Shown here piece by piece: positions 11,385 to 23,275 of a stretch of 64,000 nucleotides of DNA. A program made the translations under genes and the position numbers. Positions within the stretch are counted from its first letter, which is position 1; each line of letters opens with the position of its first letter. The stretch lies in NCBI RefSeq assembly GCF_032191835.1, contig NC_083235.1, forward strand, positions 15,252,001 to 15,316,000. Reading direction: 5' to 3'. The notes beneath the pieces were generated by a model, which was given only the letters and a program-made list of their open reading frames with translations, was not told the origin of the DNA and searched no databases. The stretch comes from Heteronotia binoei. Lineage: Eukaryota.

Positions 11385-11860
11385 CACATTATCACTTTGG
11401 GCACCACATTTTAAGAAGGATATAGACAAGCTGGAACGGGTCCAGAGGAGGGCGATGAAGATGGTGAAGGGTCTGGAGACCAAGTCCTATGAGGAAAGGT
11501 TGAAGGAGCTGGGCATATTTAGCCTGGAGAGGAGGAGGCTGAGAGGTGATAGCATCACCATCTTCAAGTACTTGAAGGGCTGTCATATAGAGGATGGTGC
11601 AGAATTGTTTTCTGTAGCCCCAGAAGGTAGGACTCGAACCAAAAGGTTGAAATTAAAAGAGTTTCCGGCTCGACATTAGAAAGAACTTCCTGACCGTTAG
11701 AGCAATTCCTCAGTGGAACAGGCTTCCTCGGGAGGTGGTGGGCTCTCCTTCCTTGGAGGTTTTTAAACAGAGGCTGGATGGTCACCTGACAGCAATGAAG
11801 GTCCTGTGAATTTAGGGGGAGGTATTTGTGAGTTTCCTGCACTGTGCAAGGGGTTGGACT
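11385..11860 (+). mobile_element. CR1 LINE 3' end
   Basis: WAPHFKKDIDKLERVQRRAMKMVKGLETKSYEERLKELG.. followed by a tail ending ttctatg. Confidence 0.9.
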
Positions 11861-12286
11861 AGATGACCCTGGAGGTACCTTCCAACTCTTTGATTCTATG
11901 CCGCAGGCTATATGCAGACTAATGCTGAGTGTGCAAAATTTCAAGATTTGCATAACTCCTCTTCAGACAGGAGGGGAAAAACAAACTCGTACGTTTGCAT
12001 GTCTTCAGGGCAGGCCTAGTCACAGAGCAGAGGTCTGATTTAAAATGGCACGGGCAAGCAAATAACATATAATCGTGTCTCAGATTTCCAGTGTCGAATG
12101 GGCTCAGGGCAATTACAACATTAGTTATTAAAATGCACAGCATTATTTATAAAATGCCACTCTAACCACTGCACCACGCTGCCTCAAATACAAAAACTCC
12201 CATCCCTCTAATATGGTCAGGGTGGCGATACATGGTTCTCCCTTCCATTTTATTGTCACAACAACCCCGTGAGGTAGACTCAGGTG

Positions 12287-12433
12287 GGGTAGCCATGTTG
12301 GTCTGAAGCAACAGAATTTTCTTTGCGAAGTCGTGTGCAAGCAGCTTAATACCCAGAATTAAACTTTGTTGGTCTTCAAGGTGCCACTTGTCACAAACTT
12401 TTATTCCATTGCTTCAGATCAACACGGCTACCC
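12287..12433. mobile_element. Inverted-repeat element gggtagccatgttggtctgaagc...gcttcagatcaacacggctaccc (Penelope-terminus-like or MITE)
   Basis: 23-bp imperfect terminal inverted repeat; family assignment is uncertain. Confidence 0.55.
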
Positions 12434-12510
12434 AACCTGAATCCATCTCATGTTAGTTCTTCCTCTTTTCCTAGAATTATTGTCTAATTTCCAAATCCAA
12501 ATCCAATGAG

Positions 12511-13050
12511 AGCCAGTTTGGTGTAGTGGTTAAGTGTGCGGACTCTTCTCTGGGAGAACTGGGTTTGATTCCCCACTCCTCCACTTGCAGCTGCTGGAAT
12601 GGCCTTGGGTCAGCCATAGCTCTGGCAGAGGTTGTCCTTGAAAGGGCAGCTGCGGTGAGAGCCCTCTCCAGCCCCACCCACCTCACAGGGTTTGATTCCC
12701 CACTCTTCCATTTGCAGCTGCTGGAATGGCCTTGGGTCAGTCATAGCTCTTGTAGGAATTGTCCTTGAAAGGGCAGCTGCTGTGAGAGCCCTCTCAGCCC
12801 CACCCACCTCACAGGGTTTGATTCCCCACTCTTCCATTTGCAGCTACTGGAATGGCCTTGGTTCACCCTTAGCTCTTGTAGGAGTTGTCCTTGAAAGGAC
12901 AGCTTCTGGGAGAGCTCTCTCAGCCCCACCCACCTCACAGGGTGTCTGTTGTAGGGGAGGAAGATAAAGGAGATTGTGAGCCACTCTGAGACTTTTGAGA
13001 TATGGAGTGGAGGGCGGGATATAAATCCAGTATCATCATCATCATCATCA
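12511..13050 (+). mobile_element. Squam3-like tRNA-SINE with internal triplication
   Basis: A box tggtgtagtgg. Three 126-127-bp units start at 12561, 12688 and 12814, followed by a normal tail and (atc)n. Confidence 0.88.
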
Positions 13051-14019
13051 CTTATATCATAGAAGTTTGCTTGGGTGACCTTAGACTGGCCACATACTCA
13101 GCCTAACCTACCTCACAGGGTTGTGAGGATAAAATGCAGGCAATAGGAACACTGCAAGCTGCTTTGGGTCCTTGCCAGGGGACGATGGCCCAGTATCAAT
13201 GAAGAAAATAAATCAAAATACAGCTGTTAACATGTGTGGTGTTGCAATGCTTTTGTGGGCTATGGATCTCTGGTGTGTTAAGATTAGATTTGTAGCCATC
13301 GATAGCCCAGTTTAAATGAGACGCTGGATGTATGCAAAGTGGCAGCGCTCAGTTCTTCCTGCTTGCGTCATCTGTAAATTGTTCTTTGCGTTAGCTTGCT
13401 GAAGGAGCCGCAGCTCCGTGAAGTCCCGGAGACGAATCTTGCGGAAAAGTGAAAGGAGCCAGGTTAGCAACAACGCACTGCATTCTCTCCCCTCACACAC
13501 ACACAACAACATTTAAGAGCCAATGACACAAATTTTAGATGAAAGGAAAAAAGGCATAAACAAAAGTTATGAAAGCAGAAGTGCCTGCGGAAGCACAGAG
13601 GCGAATCGAGTGTATTTCACAATGCCCCAAGGGTGACAGTCGTAGGCGTGTGATTGCTGTAACAAGCTCCTGGTTTTTGGAAAACAGGCTCATCCCCTTA
13701 AGGCCAGCTTGGAGACAGGGAGAATCTGTCCTGTACTCATTCATCCCAGTGTTCCTACAAGCAGCTCAAAATGTCTTCCTCATTTTATCCCTCTTAGCGG
13801 TCATGAGTTAGGCTGGGCTGGTGGGAAATGACTGGCCTAGGGTCACCTGACGATCCTGGTGTCAATAGCGAGGATTTGAACTCAGGCCTCCAAGACCCCC
13901 GTCTGCTGCTCTAACCGCTGCATCAGGCTGGCTCTCAAATACAAAAACTCCCATTCCCATGGCTGCTTTTTTTAAAGAGAAAGCCCAGCAGGAACTCATT
14001 TGCACATTAGAAGAACTGC

Positions 14020-14275
14020 AGATTTATACCCAGCACTTCTCCCTGAATCAGATTCAAAGTGGCTTACAATCTCCTATGTCTTCTCTTCCCACAACAGACA
14101 CCCTGTGAGGTGGGTGGGGCTGAGAGAGCTCTCCCAGAAGCTGCCCTTTCAAGGACAACTCCTGCAATAGCTATGGCTGACCCAAGGCCATTCCAGCAGC
14201 TGCAAGTGCAGGAGTGGGGAATCAAACCTGGTTCTCCCAGATAAGAGTTACTTAACCACTACACCAAATTGGCTT
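14020..14275 (-). mobile_element. Squam3-like SINE (others: 17527-17798 plus, 19620-19830 plus, 37650-37910 minus, 40300-40555 minus, 56190-56760 composite)
   Basis: High similarity to the 12511 copy. Confidence 0.85.
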
Positions 14276-14279
14276 AGGC

Positions 14280-14640
14280 CATTAGACCACACCCCTGGCA
14301 TCACCATTGTTTCACACTGGGCTTTTCGTATAAAAAGCCCAGCAGGAATTCATTTGCATATTAGGCCACATCCCCTAACTCCAAGCCATCCGGAACTCCG
14401 TTCCTGCTCAAAAAAAGCCCTGCCCATCCCTCTAATATGGAGTCCAGTGGGATGTCTCAGACCAACGAAGTTTAATTCTGGGTCTAAGGTTTTGTGTGCA
14501 TGCATGAGGTCTCCACTGAATAGCAGGGCTTTATTGGTAGAAAAAGCCCAGCAGGAACTCATTTGCATATTAGGCCACACTGCCTGAAACCAAGCCAGTG
14601 GAACTGCTTTCCTGTGCATTCCTGCTCAAAAAAAGCCCTG
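14280..14640. mobile_element. CAGGGCTTTTTT-TIR palindromic MITE family (also 17919-18083, 31623-31735, 32650-32762, 33248-33362, 37349-37525, 54768-54960, 58130-58310, 59330-59522)
   Basis: Recurrent self-complementary units containing gcaggaact..tttgcatattaggccacac. Confidence 0.78.
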
Positions 14641-14643
14641 TAC

Positions 14644-14938
14644 CAGGGGTGGCCAAACTTGCTTAACATAAGAGCCACATTGAATACACGTCAGATGTTT
14701 GAGAGTTACGAGACATGAATGTCAGATGTTTGAGAGCCGGAAGGAAGGAAGGCAGGCAGGCAGATGGAGAGAGAGGTAGAAAGAAAGCAAGTTTAACTTT
14801 CAGTGCATTCTCAAAGCTGCTGGCTGGCTTGGCGAAGTGATTTAAAGAGACAAATGCTTTCTCCAAGCTGGCCGGCAGAGCAATGGGGGCTTTGAGAGCC
14901 ACACAATGTGTGTGAAAGAGCCGGTTTGGCCACCCCTG
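14644..14938. mobile_element. hAT MITE
   Basis: TIR caggggtggccaaac with perfect TSD ccctgtac. Confidence 0.88.
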
Positions 14939-15064
14939 CCCTGTACCTAGGAATCCTTAGTCCTAGCCCAATGCCTTTAACCACCGATTGATAGCTGCTG
15001 CCGTGAAGGAGGAAGACACCATTCTAAGAGGGAATCGGCCTTTGGAAAGGAAGTAATTTGTTCA

Positions 15065-15225
15065 AGCCCTGTCCTGGATAGCCCAGGCCAGCTGGATCTT
15101 GTCAGATCTCAGAAGCTAAGCAGGGACAAGCTCTGGGTAGAATTTGGATGAAGACCACCAAGCAGGGCCAAGGTGCTGTGCAATGGACAGGCAATGGCAA
15201 ACATCCCTTGCCTTGGAAAAACCCT
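15065..15225 (+). mobile_element. 5S rRNA-derived SINE (remnants also at 59655-59750 and 60410-60490, minus)
   Basis: gatcttgtcagatctcagaagctaagcaggg resembles the 5S internal control region, followed by a non-5S tail. Confidence 0.7.
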
Positions 15226-15229
15226 AGAG

Positions 15230-15771
15230 CAGGGGTGTCAAACATGCAGTCCAGGGGCCAAATCAGGCCCCTGGAAAGCTATCAAGCCCCAAGCAACTGG
15301 CTGTCATCTGCTTCCTTTCCCCTCTCTCTTGCTTCCTTCTGCATAACAGCTTGTTTTGCAAGGCTTGCTCAATTGCACAGGAGCTACAGAGCTATTTTCT
15401 CCATTGGCTGAGGCTCCTCCCTTGGGGAGGAAGGGGGAGCGCAGAGCTTGCTTTGCCAGGCTTTCTCAGTCAGACTACTGAGCCAAGCCTCTCCTGGTAC
15501 CCTGGGGAAGGAGGGAAAGAGCCAGAACTTCCTTTGCCCAGTTCCCTGCATCCCATGGGAGAAATACAAAGAAAGCACCTTTCAGATCAATGAGTGCTAA
15601 TGTTTTAAGTATGTTTTGTTTTGTTGTTTTAAAAGCTGCGTTTGTCTGTGTCCTTTATAAAGTTTCTATATCTGCTACCTAATCTTAAATAGGTACACAC
15701 AAGGCCCGGCCCGCCAAGCTCTCATTTATGTCAGATTCAGCCCTCATAACAAAATGAGTTCGAAACCCCTG
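15230..15771. mobile_element. hAT non-autonomous transposon
   Basis: TIR caggggtgtcaaac / ttcgaaacccctg with perfect TSD ccctagag. Confidence 0.9.
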
Positions 15772-15789
15772 CCCTAGAGCCACCACGAG

Positions 15790-16695
15790 TAGCCTGCTAT
15801 TATATGGTAAATGAGATTTGTTCAATGATGAAGTATGACTAGAACACACAGGGCACACTCTTGATAGCGGATTAGAAAAACGAGTTTGCGATGGACACGT
15901 GGACTTCTTGGTGCGAATGCAGATGTTATGCACTGGGGGCTAGCTAAGCTAGAGTGCAGAAGGAAGTTGGCATTCATGTACACCATAACCACTAGTGACA
16001 CTAGAAAATGTAGCTATGAGATCACGGCGGGGTGGGGGGGCGGGCAGGAAGATAGCACAGAGGATGCTGTGTTCCACAAGCAAGGATAGCTAGATGGCAA
16101 AGCTGAGATCTCCAGAGATGAAACAGCAGCATGGACAGGAAGGATTTAGCATTTTTGGATACAAGCATTTTATGGCAAGCCTGGCCCATACAAACCACAG
16201 AGAAACCGGGCTGCTAGAACTGCTAGAGGGCGGGGAAGGGAACTGGAACATCGTTTCCAGGACAACTCATCCCTCAGGAATTATAGCTTGTAGGTAAGTC
16301 ATTCTTCAAGTAGGTAGCATGTTTCCCCAATTTCAAAATTAGGGCTAGAGCTCACCTTGTTATTCTGCCATCAGTGGACTTCGTGCCCAGACCCTTTTGG
16401 ATTATCCCTTACATAAACATCAACTTCCTGCGGAATCTTGGGTGACACAACCCTACTGCTGGCAGATGTGGATCCTGAAACCACTCACTCGGGGGCAAAA
16501 TATTTGTCAATAGTGCTCTAAAACGAGCATGTACTACGATTTTAACTCTAATTTTATAATGTTAGTTATGGAATGTCTTGTGATTATGATTATTAGTTAT
16601 CCCTCTCGTCTGTTTTAAATTTGTAATTTGCTTTCTATTTACTGTCTTGTTTCATATTGAGCTTAAGACCATCGGTCGGCTAACAAATAAAAGGA
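15790..16695 (+). mobile_element. Decayed non-LTR retrotransposon 3' end (possibly RTE-X-like)
   Basis: Residual frame TLLLADVDPETTHSGAKYL, then an AT-rich 3' UTR ending aataaa. Clade assignment is tentative. Confidence 0.4.
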
Positions 16696-19600
16696 GAAAT
16701 TAGGGCCAGGGCCAAGGAAAGGTCCCCTGTGCAAGCACCAGTCATTTCCCACTCTGGGGTGACACTGCTTTCACGGCAGACTTTTTGCAGAGTGGCTTGC
16801 CATTGCCTTCCCCACCCCCCAGCAAGCTGGGTGCTCATTTTACCAACTTCGGATGGAAGGCTGAGTCAACCTCGAGCTGGCTACCTGAAAACCCAGCTTC
16901 TGCCGGGGATCGAACTCAGGTTATGAGCAGAGCTTAGGACTGCAGCACCTACAACTTTTAACACTGCACCATGGGGCTCTTAGGGCTAGGGCCAAACTGC
17001 AACAAATACATGGAAGGAAATAACAGCCGCTTAAATTGGTTGTAGTGAAAAGTGAACAGCTACTGGCTCTGATAAACCCAAGACCTTCCCATCTAATGAA
17101 CCTTTACCTATGAGTCCATGCATAATCTCAGCTACAGAAAGCTCCTGCTAGACTGGCAAAACTGAATTATCTTGACAAAAAAACCCAACTACTGATTGGC
17201 TCTGGGAGTGACACCGCAGTTAACTCAATGCGTTCCAAGTTGTGTGTTTGGTTTCATGTTTTTATGTCTTGTAAGCCACCTTGATACTGGAGAAAGGCAA
17301 GATGTAAATATCTTAAAATAAACCTCTGCACCTTTAGTTAAAAGAAAACCACAGGATCGCTGTGTATGCTAGAAGACTCCAAGCCACACTGGGGAGCTGG
17401 TGTGCTTGGTGACAAATGAGAACATGTATCCAGGTTTTCAGAAACTTGGAAGGAATAGCAAACCCACAGGGTACATATATTAATGTTATAGAAAGGGCAT
17501 TAAGAGGATTGGTGATGCCCAATTAAGAGCCGGTTTGGTGTCGTGGTTAAATATGTGGACTCTTCTCTGGGAGAACCGGGTTTGATTCCCCACTCCTCCA
17601 CTTGTAGCTGCTGGAATAATCTTCGGTCAGCCATGGCTTTCACAGGAACTGTCCTTGAAAGGGCAGTTTCCGTGAAAGTTCTCTCAACCCCACCCACTAC
17701 ACAGGGTGTATGTTGTGGGGGGAAAAGATAAAGGAGATTGTAAACTGCTGAGTCTGATTCAGAGAGAAGGGCGGGTTATAAATCTGCAGTCATCTTCAAG
17801 CAAACTGCTTTCTCCACACTTTTGCAAAGAGATCTGGGTTGTAAGTAATCTGAAGCTTTGTTCAAGCATCATGGAACAGCGCTTATCAGAGGGTCCTTGC
17901 AACTTCCATAGGACCTGTCAGGGCTTTTTTTGTAGCAGGAACTCCTTTGCATATTAGGCCACATACCCTGGTAGCCAGTCCACAAAGAGCTTACAGGGCC
18001 TACTGTAAACTCCAGGAGGATTGGCTACATCAGGGGTGTGTGGCCTAATATGCCAAATAGTTCCTGCTACAAAAAAATCCCTGGCGACCTGTAAAGTGCA
18101 ACAAGTTATCTTGAACCAAATTATGCTTTCAACCCACAAGGTCCTATCACTATAGAAACAAAAAAACCACAACACAGAACTAAAATCATCCTTTTATTAT
18201 TCACAATCTTAAACTTGGGAATCCAAAATACCACAGGAGAAACGGATTTAAAAATTAGTATTGTATTTTGCAGTTCATTTGGCTGCTTGTTAAAGATGTT
18301 ATATGTTAGTATTCTTCCTCGGCAGCCAATTTTAAGCTGAGATTTTGTACAAAGCTACAGCCCGGCTTACTTATAAAACGAAGTTGGAAATTCTACCTTG
18401 TGTTCTTGAACACATGGAGCTGAAAATCACCAGAAGCACTGAACAGCGCTTACAATTGTAAGCAAGTTCAACGTCAGCGTTTCCCAGTTTAACTTGGGCC
18501 ACTGTTTACACCAGCCAGCCTCTCTTGAGCAGTCTGCTGTATAAGCACTGTGCTGCTGTTGTCTTCTTGCCCCACTTTTCCCATCAGTCCTGGTAAAGGT
18601 AACAGCCATTCCAGCAAGTGGCACCAATCTGAAAACAAAGCAAAAATGGGTATTTCAGTGCCTCAGCTCACCCGCACGCTTGTTGCGTTTTGTTTTAACT
18701 GTATAATTTTAAATTATTTTAAACTGATGTTATCTTGGGAAAGGGCAGAATACAAATTGACCACTCAACTAGGCGGATTAAAAATTTGCTGCCAACCCAA
18801 CCAGGTAAGCTAGTTCTTTGATGTGAGCACTACAACAAACCTGTTCAGCCAACTGAGCTGATGTCTCCAGAGCTTCCTTCTCTTAAAGACCATGCTAGCA
18901 GCTATAAGCAGCCCTGAAAAAAAAAATCACTGTTGGGGAGTACGCACAGCAGCAGCCTGCAGATACAGGCACGCAGCTGTAAACAGCACACAATGGTTTC
19001 TAATTTTAGACAAACTAGGATGACTTCAGCGCTGCTTATTTAAGGAACAATTTTAAAGGAGTTGCTTCTGTGATGTATGCTCTGCCAGAAAGCAGTCTTG
19101 GTATTAGAACAGCAGCATCACCCACAAAATAATTTAATGCATCATTTTCCTGCCCTTTCTCCCAAGGCTCCATACATGGCCCTCACTTCCATTTTATTCT
19201 AACACCCCCCCCCCCCCATGAAATTGATCAGGTTGAAAAAGACTACAGACCCACGCCTTTGGCAAACCAGAGTTCCACAGCTGGTGGGATTTGAACCTTG
19301 TTCTCCCCCATACCCAGTTACATCCTAACCACTACATCACGATGGTGGTGGAAAATGCCATCGAGTCGCAGCTGAGTTATCTGCCATTGATATTTCTCAA
19401 CACAAGGCCATTAAGTCCAGCTATACAGTGTTTGTGCACTCAGGAAGCTAATCTATTTGCAGTCAGGCCCTTGCCCACCATGAGATTCTTTTCTGTTTTC
19501 AGTGGTCCCCCCCCAACCTTTTTGGCACCAGGGACCTGTTTTGTGAAAGACAATTTTTCCATGGACCGGGGGTGGGATGGTTTCAGATGATACAATAATG

Positions 19601-22099
19601 CACTGTTTCTATTAATTTGGCATGGTGGTTAAGTGTGCAGACTCTTATCTGGGAGAACAAGGTTTGATTCCCCACTCCTCCACTTGCAGCTGCTGGAATG
19701 GCCTTGGGTCAGCCATAACTCTCGCAGTTGTCCTTGAAAGGGCAGCTTCTGGGAGAGCCCTCTCAGCCCCACCTACCTCACTGTGTCTGTTGTGGGGGAG
19801 TGGAGGACTGGATATAAACCCAATGTTGTTGTCTTATTACTGCATTGTAATATAGAATAATTATACAACTCACATCCCGGCTGCTAACAGGCCATGGACC
19901 AGTCCTGGTCTATGGGTTGGGGACCCCTGAACTAGATGACACAACTGCAGTAAGAACAATTATCAAAGGAAACCACTTACTTCATAGCATGGATTCAAGA
20001 GCTGGAGAAGCGGTTTCATTCCCATTCCAGTACTTCACCGCAGAATGGCATAACACCCTTCTCTCTTCTCACCTGCCAAAAACAGGTCAGTGTCACTAAC
20101 TCAAGCTCATTCAAAAACTCACTTCATTTCATAGATTATAGGTCTGACAGGATACTCCAGGGCTAGGTGATGCTGTTCACCTAGTCCTGAGGAGATTCCC
20201 CCAAGTTAATGTGGTCAATTTTTCTCCCTCATTTAGATCATCTAAAACCACATACCAGTGGAAAAATTGGCAAGTGGGAACAAAAGCCTCCCATACCCAA
20301 AGTATGCTGTGCTGAGAGAAACCTTCTCAACAGTCCAAGTTCTGCATAAGGCACTATTATAAAGTCTTGGACAAGACAGCTGGATGAATCCAAGTATTGT
20401 TTGGTTGGTTGCATTTCCCCATTTTTGGAAAGCAGATATCAATCACAGCAGCCAGCCAGGCCCTCCCCCAGGATAAAATTGCAGATTCAGACCAAGTTCT
20501 CCAGGGGGTCTGTAAAGACCCCAGGATTAGCCCAGTGAGTTTGTCAAAAAGCAGTAAGAACCAGTGGTTTGCTGTGGCCATAAGAATGGAGCTCTGTGGG
20601 AGAGAAGATGCAGACATGAGCAAAAGAGTTACCTCGAAATACAGGACTATTTCCACAAATGAACTAGCCAAGAGCAGCTTTCGTCTCACATGGATCGCAC
20701 TGAAGGAGGCACAACACACTTCGGGGGTCTCCAAGGAACACTGGCTTCCACACGCTAGCAGAGAATTCTCACAGTGTAAGAACAGGACAGAGCTAACTAC
20801 AGGTAGGCCCATCTAGGCACACCAACACCAGTTCCACCTCAACCCTGAAGCCTCAAGTCCCCAGATGTTGAGAGCTTCCTTCTCTAACAGCTCATCTGCC
20901 AAAGCTGAGTTTCTCCAAACCAAATAGGACATGCCATCCAACTTTAGGAAGCATTTGCATAAACCAAGAGGGCACCTTCCTTCCCGGGTTCACCCTAGCA
21001 ACAGCAATACAGCAGTATTACAATTGCAGCAAGGGACACCACCACGTGTTAACTGGACTCATTGTTTGAACCCTTAAAAGGGCCAGGTATTATGACAGAG
21101 CACAGGGTGTTTTACCACTGTACACATTTGTGCTGAGCACCCCACATTCTTATTTCCCTCTGTAGCACCAACTCCCAAACCAGAAAAATAGTGATGAACC
21201 TTCAAAAAAGCAAGCCAGTTAAAAGTTACTATTTGAAGGCCAAACCAGGACACTCAAGATCTTCAGCCACCAATGTCTTGAGGAATTCCACTGGGAATCA
21301 GTGCTTGCAAGACAACCACCACCACCACCTTGTTTTTAGCCACTACCCACTTAAGAGATAAAACCAATTCCCCAGGACTGCACTGTGGTGTAGATAAGCC
21401 TCCCAACATTCCAGGGAATCAAATGCTGGCAAATGCACAAGGGGGGGGGGGGAGGGGAGAGAATCTTTGCCTGTATGTATCCATGTGGGCCTTAAGAGTG
21501 GTTTGATGTAAGGTTACTCAGATACAATAGGATCACCAACATTACAGTGTATAGCATTAGGCCATACAGCAAGGGGAGCCAGTGGTAGCTCTCCAGATGT
21601 TTTTGCCTACAACTCCCATCAGCCCCAGCCATTGGCCATGCTGGCTGGGGTTAATGGGAGTTGTAGGGGAAAAACATCTGGAGAGCTACCGTTGCCCACC
21701 CCTGAAAGAACAGGCAGATTTCTCCATTTGTTCTGCCTTGTGTTGCACAGTATTACAGTTTTCATTCCTATCAGTTTCTTGGGAATTGGGAATTCTTGGG
21801 AATCTATCATTACCTGTTAACCAACTTTGGGCATTCTCTAGATGAGGCGAAACACATTTTTAGCTTACTTGCCCCTCAGCTATCTAAGTTGTGCGGTGCA
21901 ATGCGATGTCAAACGTCACGAGCAGAGAATTGTTTCAGATGGGATTTTAATGGGCTTCGTAAAGCCAAAAACTCAGTACAGGAACTTCCTTATCCACTTC
22001 AAAATACAATGTCAATGGAATTATGCACGCGTCTTCCAGTAAAAAAAGGACAATATAAACAAACATTTTCAAGAACCTCTCAAAGCGTCAGAGTCCTAG

Positions 22100-22555
22100 G
22101 TTTACTATACAGTAAAACAGACTTTATTGTGATCAATGCGAACCATTTAACCCTTTCAGTAACACCAAAGTGGCTTGCCTGTCACCCTCCCTTGTGATGC
22201 TAAGAGTTAAACTCCAAAAAGTGCATCGCACTTTTTCAGAAGTAATTTTTGCTCAGCTTCCGGTACTCTTAAGGGCCCCATTTAAGTCAAGTTAAAAGAA
22301 AACTTCAGGCTGAGAAAGACAAATAAAACCAGATTTCAAAAATGCTTTAAAACCACTCTTGAAAAAAAGAAATTCTTGAGCAAAGTCTAAACAGGCCATC
22401 TTGTAGAGGAAGCTTTCGGGCTGCATGTGACAAAAAGCTATATAGGGGAAGATACAAGTAGGTAACTAAAGATTCAGCGAAGCTCCAAAAATCTTTATAA
22501 ATACGGCCATTGGAAGGACGATCTTGATTCAGGAAGGATTTTTACTCGGTGTGAG
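22100..22555 (-). other. RBM3: RBM3 exon 7 (3' UTR)
   Basis: Acceptor cttcttgtcctcAG|ctcacacc. Contains GATCGTCCTTCCAATGGC, which I recall from human RBM3/CIRBP 3' UTRs. Ends at the AATAAA below. Confidence 0.85.
22123..22128 (-). terminator. RBM3: RBM3 polyadenylation signal AATAAA
   Basis: tttatt on the plus strand, followed on the minus strand by GT/T-rich sequence. Confidence 0.7.
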
Positions 22556-22949
22556 CTGAGGACAAGAAGCAGGTACAATCATAAAGGCACAAGCATATGG
22601 ACATGTTTGCAGCATTTTCACCATGCCTAGACTTTTTTAAAAGATTAGTGAGGCTAGGAATCTCAAGGCCCTCCCCCAAATTAGCACTCCGTAGCTGGGC
22701 TGTACAATTTTGAAGTTAACAGTTCTTAAGGTCCAACATGCATTTAAGTTAACGTATCGGTAATCTGAACTGATGCCTGCAATGTTTAGACTGAGTCAAC
22801 GGCAGGTGCTCAAAATCCTTCTTTTGAGCTTAGCTACCCAGTAGTGAGCTACTACTACAGCCACTACCTGTTGCAAGTTGGAACACTGCACGTTACAGGT
22901 GTTTTGGACAAGTAGGAAATTTGCAATCCCTTTCCCAGAGCTACCTACC

Positions 22950-23013
22950 TCAGTTGTCGTAGCTGTCTCTGTAAGAGCCTCCTGAAGAGTAGCGGTCATA
23001 GCCTCCCTGACTT
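22950..23013 (-). CDS. RBM3: RBM3 exon 6, coding part with stop (exon ends 22949)
   Basis: gttttcAG|A AGT CAG GGA GGC TAT...GAC AAC TGA G|GTaggt; 64 coding nt. Confidence 0.95.
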
Positions 23014-23091
23014 CTGAAAACAAAGGGTATGTGTTTTGCACTTGCTCAGTGAAAGTCAAAACTCTGAAACAGAGCTCATTGTCACAATTAC

Positions 23092-23167
23092 CTGCCGTAA
23101 TCCCGGGAACTACTATAACCTCCACTTCTGCTGTCGTAGCGACCACCATAGCTTCTGTCTCCACCAC
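23092..23167 (-). CDS. RBM3: RBM3 exon 5 (RGG/SY-rich)
   Basis: catcttgtAG|GT GGT GGA GAC AGA...TAC GGC AG|GTaatt; 76 nt. Confidence 0.95.
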
Positions 23168-23275
23168 CTACAAGATGAAGATGATTGACTGGTGAGCAGC
23201 CACCAATGGAATCAACCCTTCCCTCGATTAATCCAGAGCCAGTCAACAACGGCCACCACCCTTCTTCATGCTCAC

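Noticed and set aside
11362-11679. ORFs such as 969-1187, 11362-11679, 35892-36296, 41227-42347 and 63399-63659 as host genes
   Set aside because: They translate as CR1, BovB or L1/Tx1 ORF2 C-terminal fragments with retroposon tails.
14340-14360. Numerous ATTTGCAT octamer motifs as a regulatory cluster
   Set aside because: Most lie inside one MITE family consensus and reflect repeat copy number. Only the non-repeat pair at 8179 and 8564 was kept.
15065-15170. 5S rRNA gene
   Set aside because: Degenerate, partial and fused to a non-5S tail, so it is a 5S-derived SINE.
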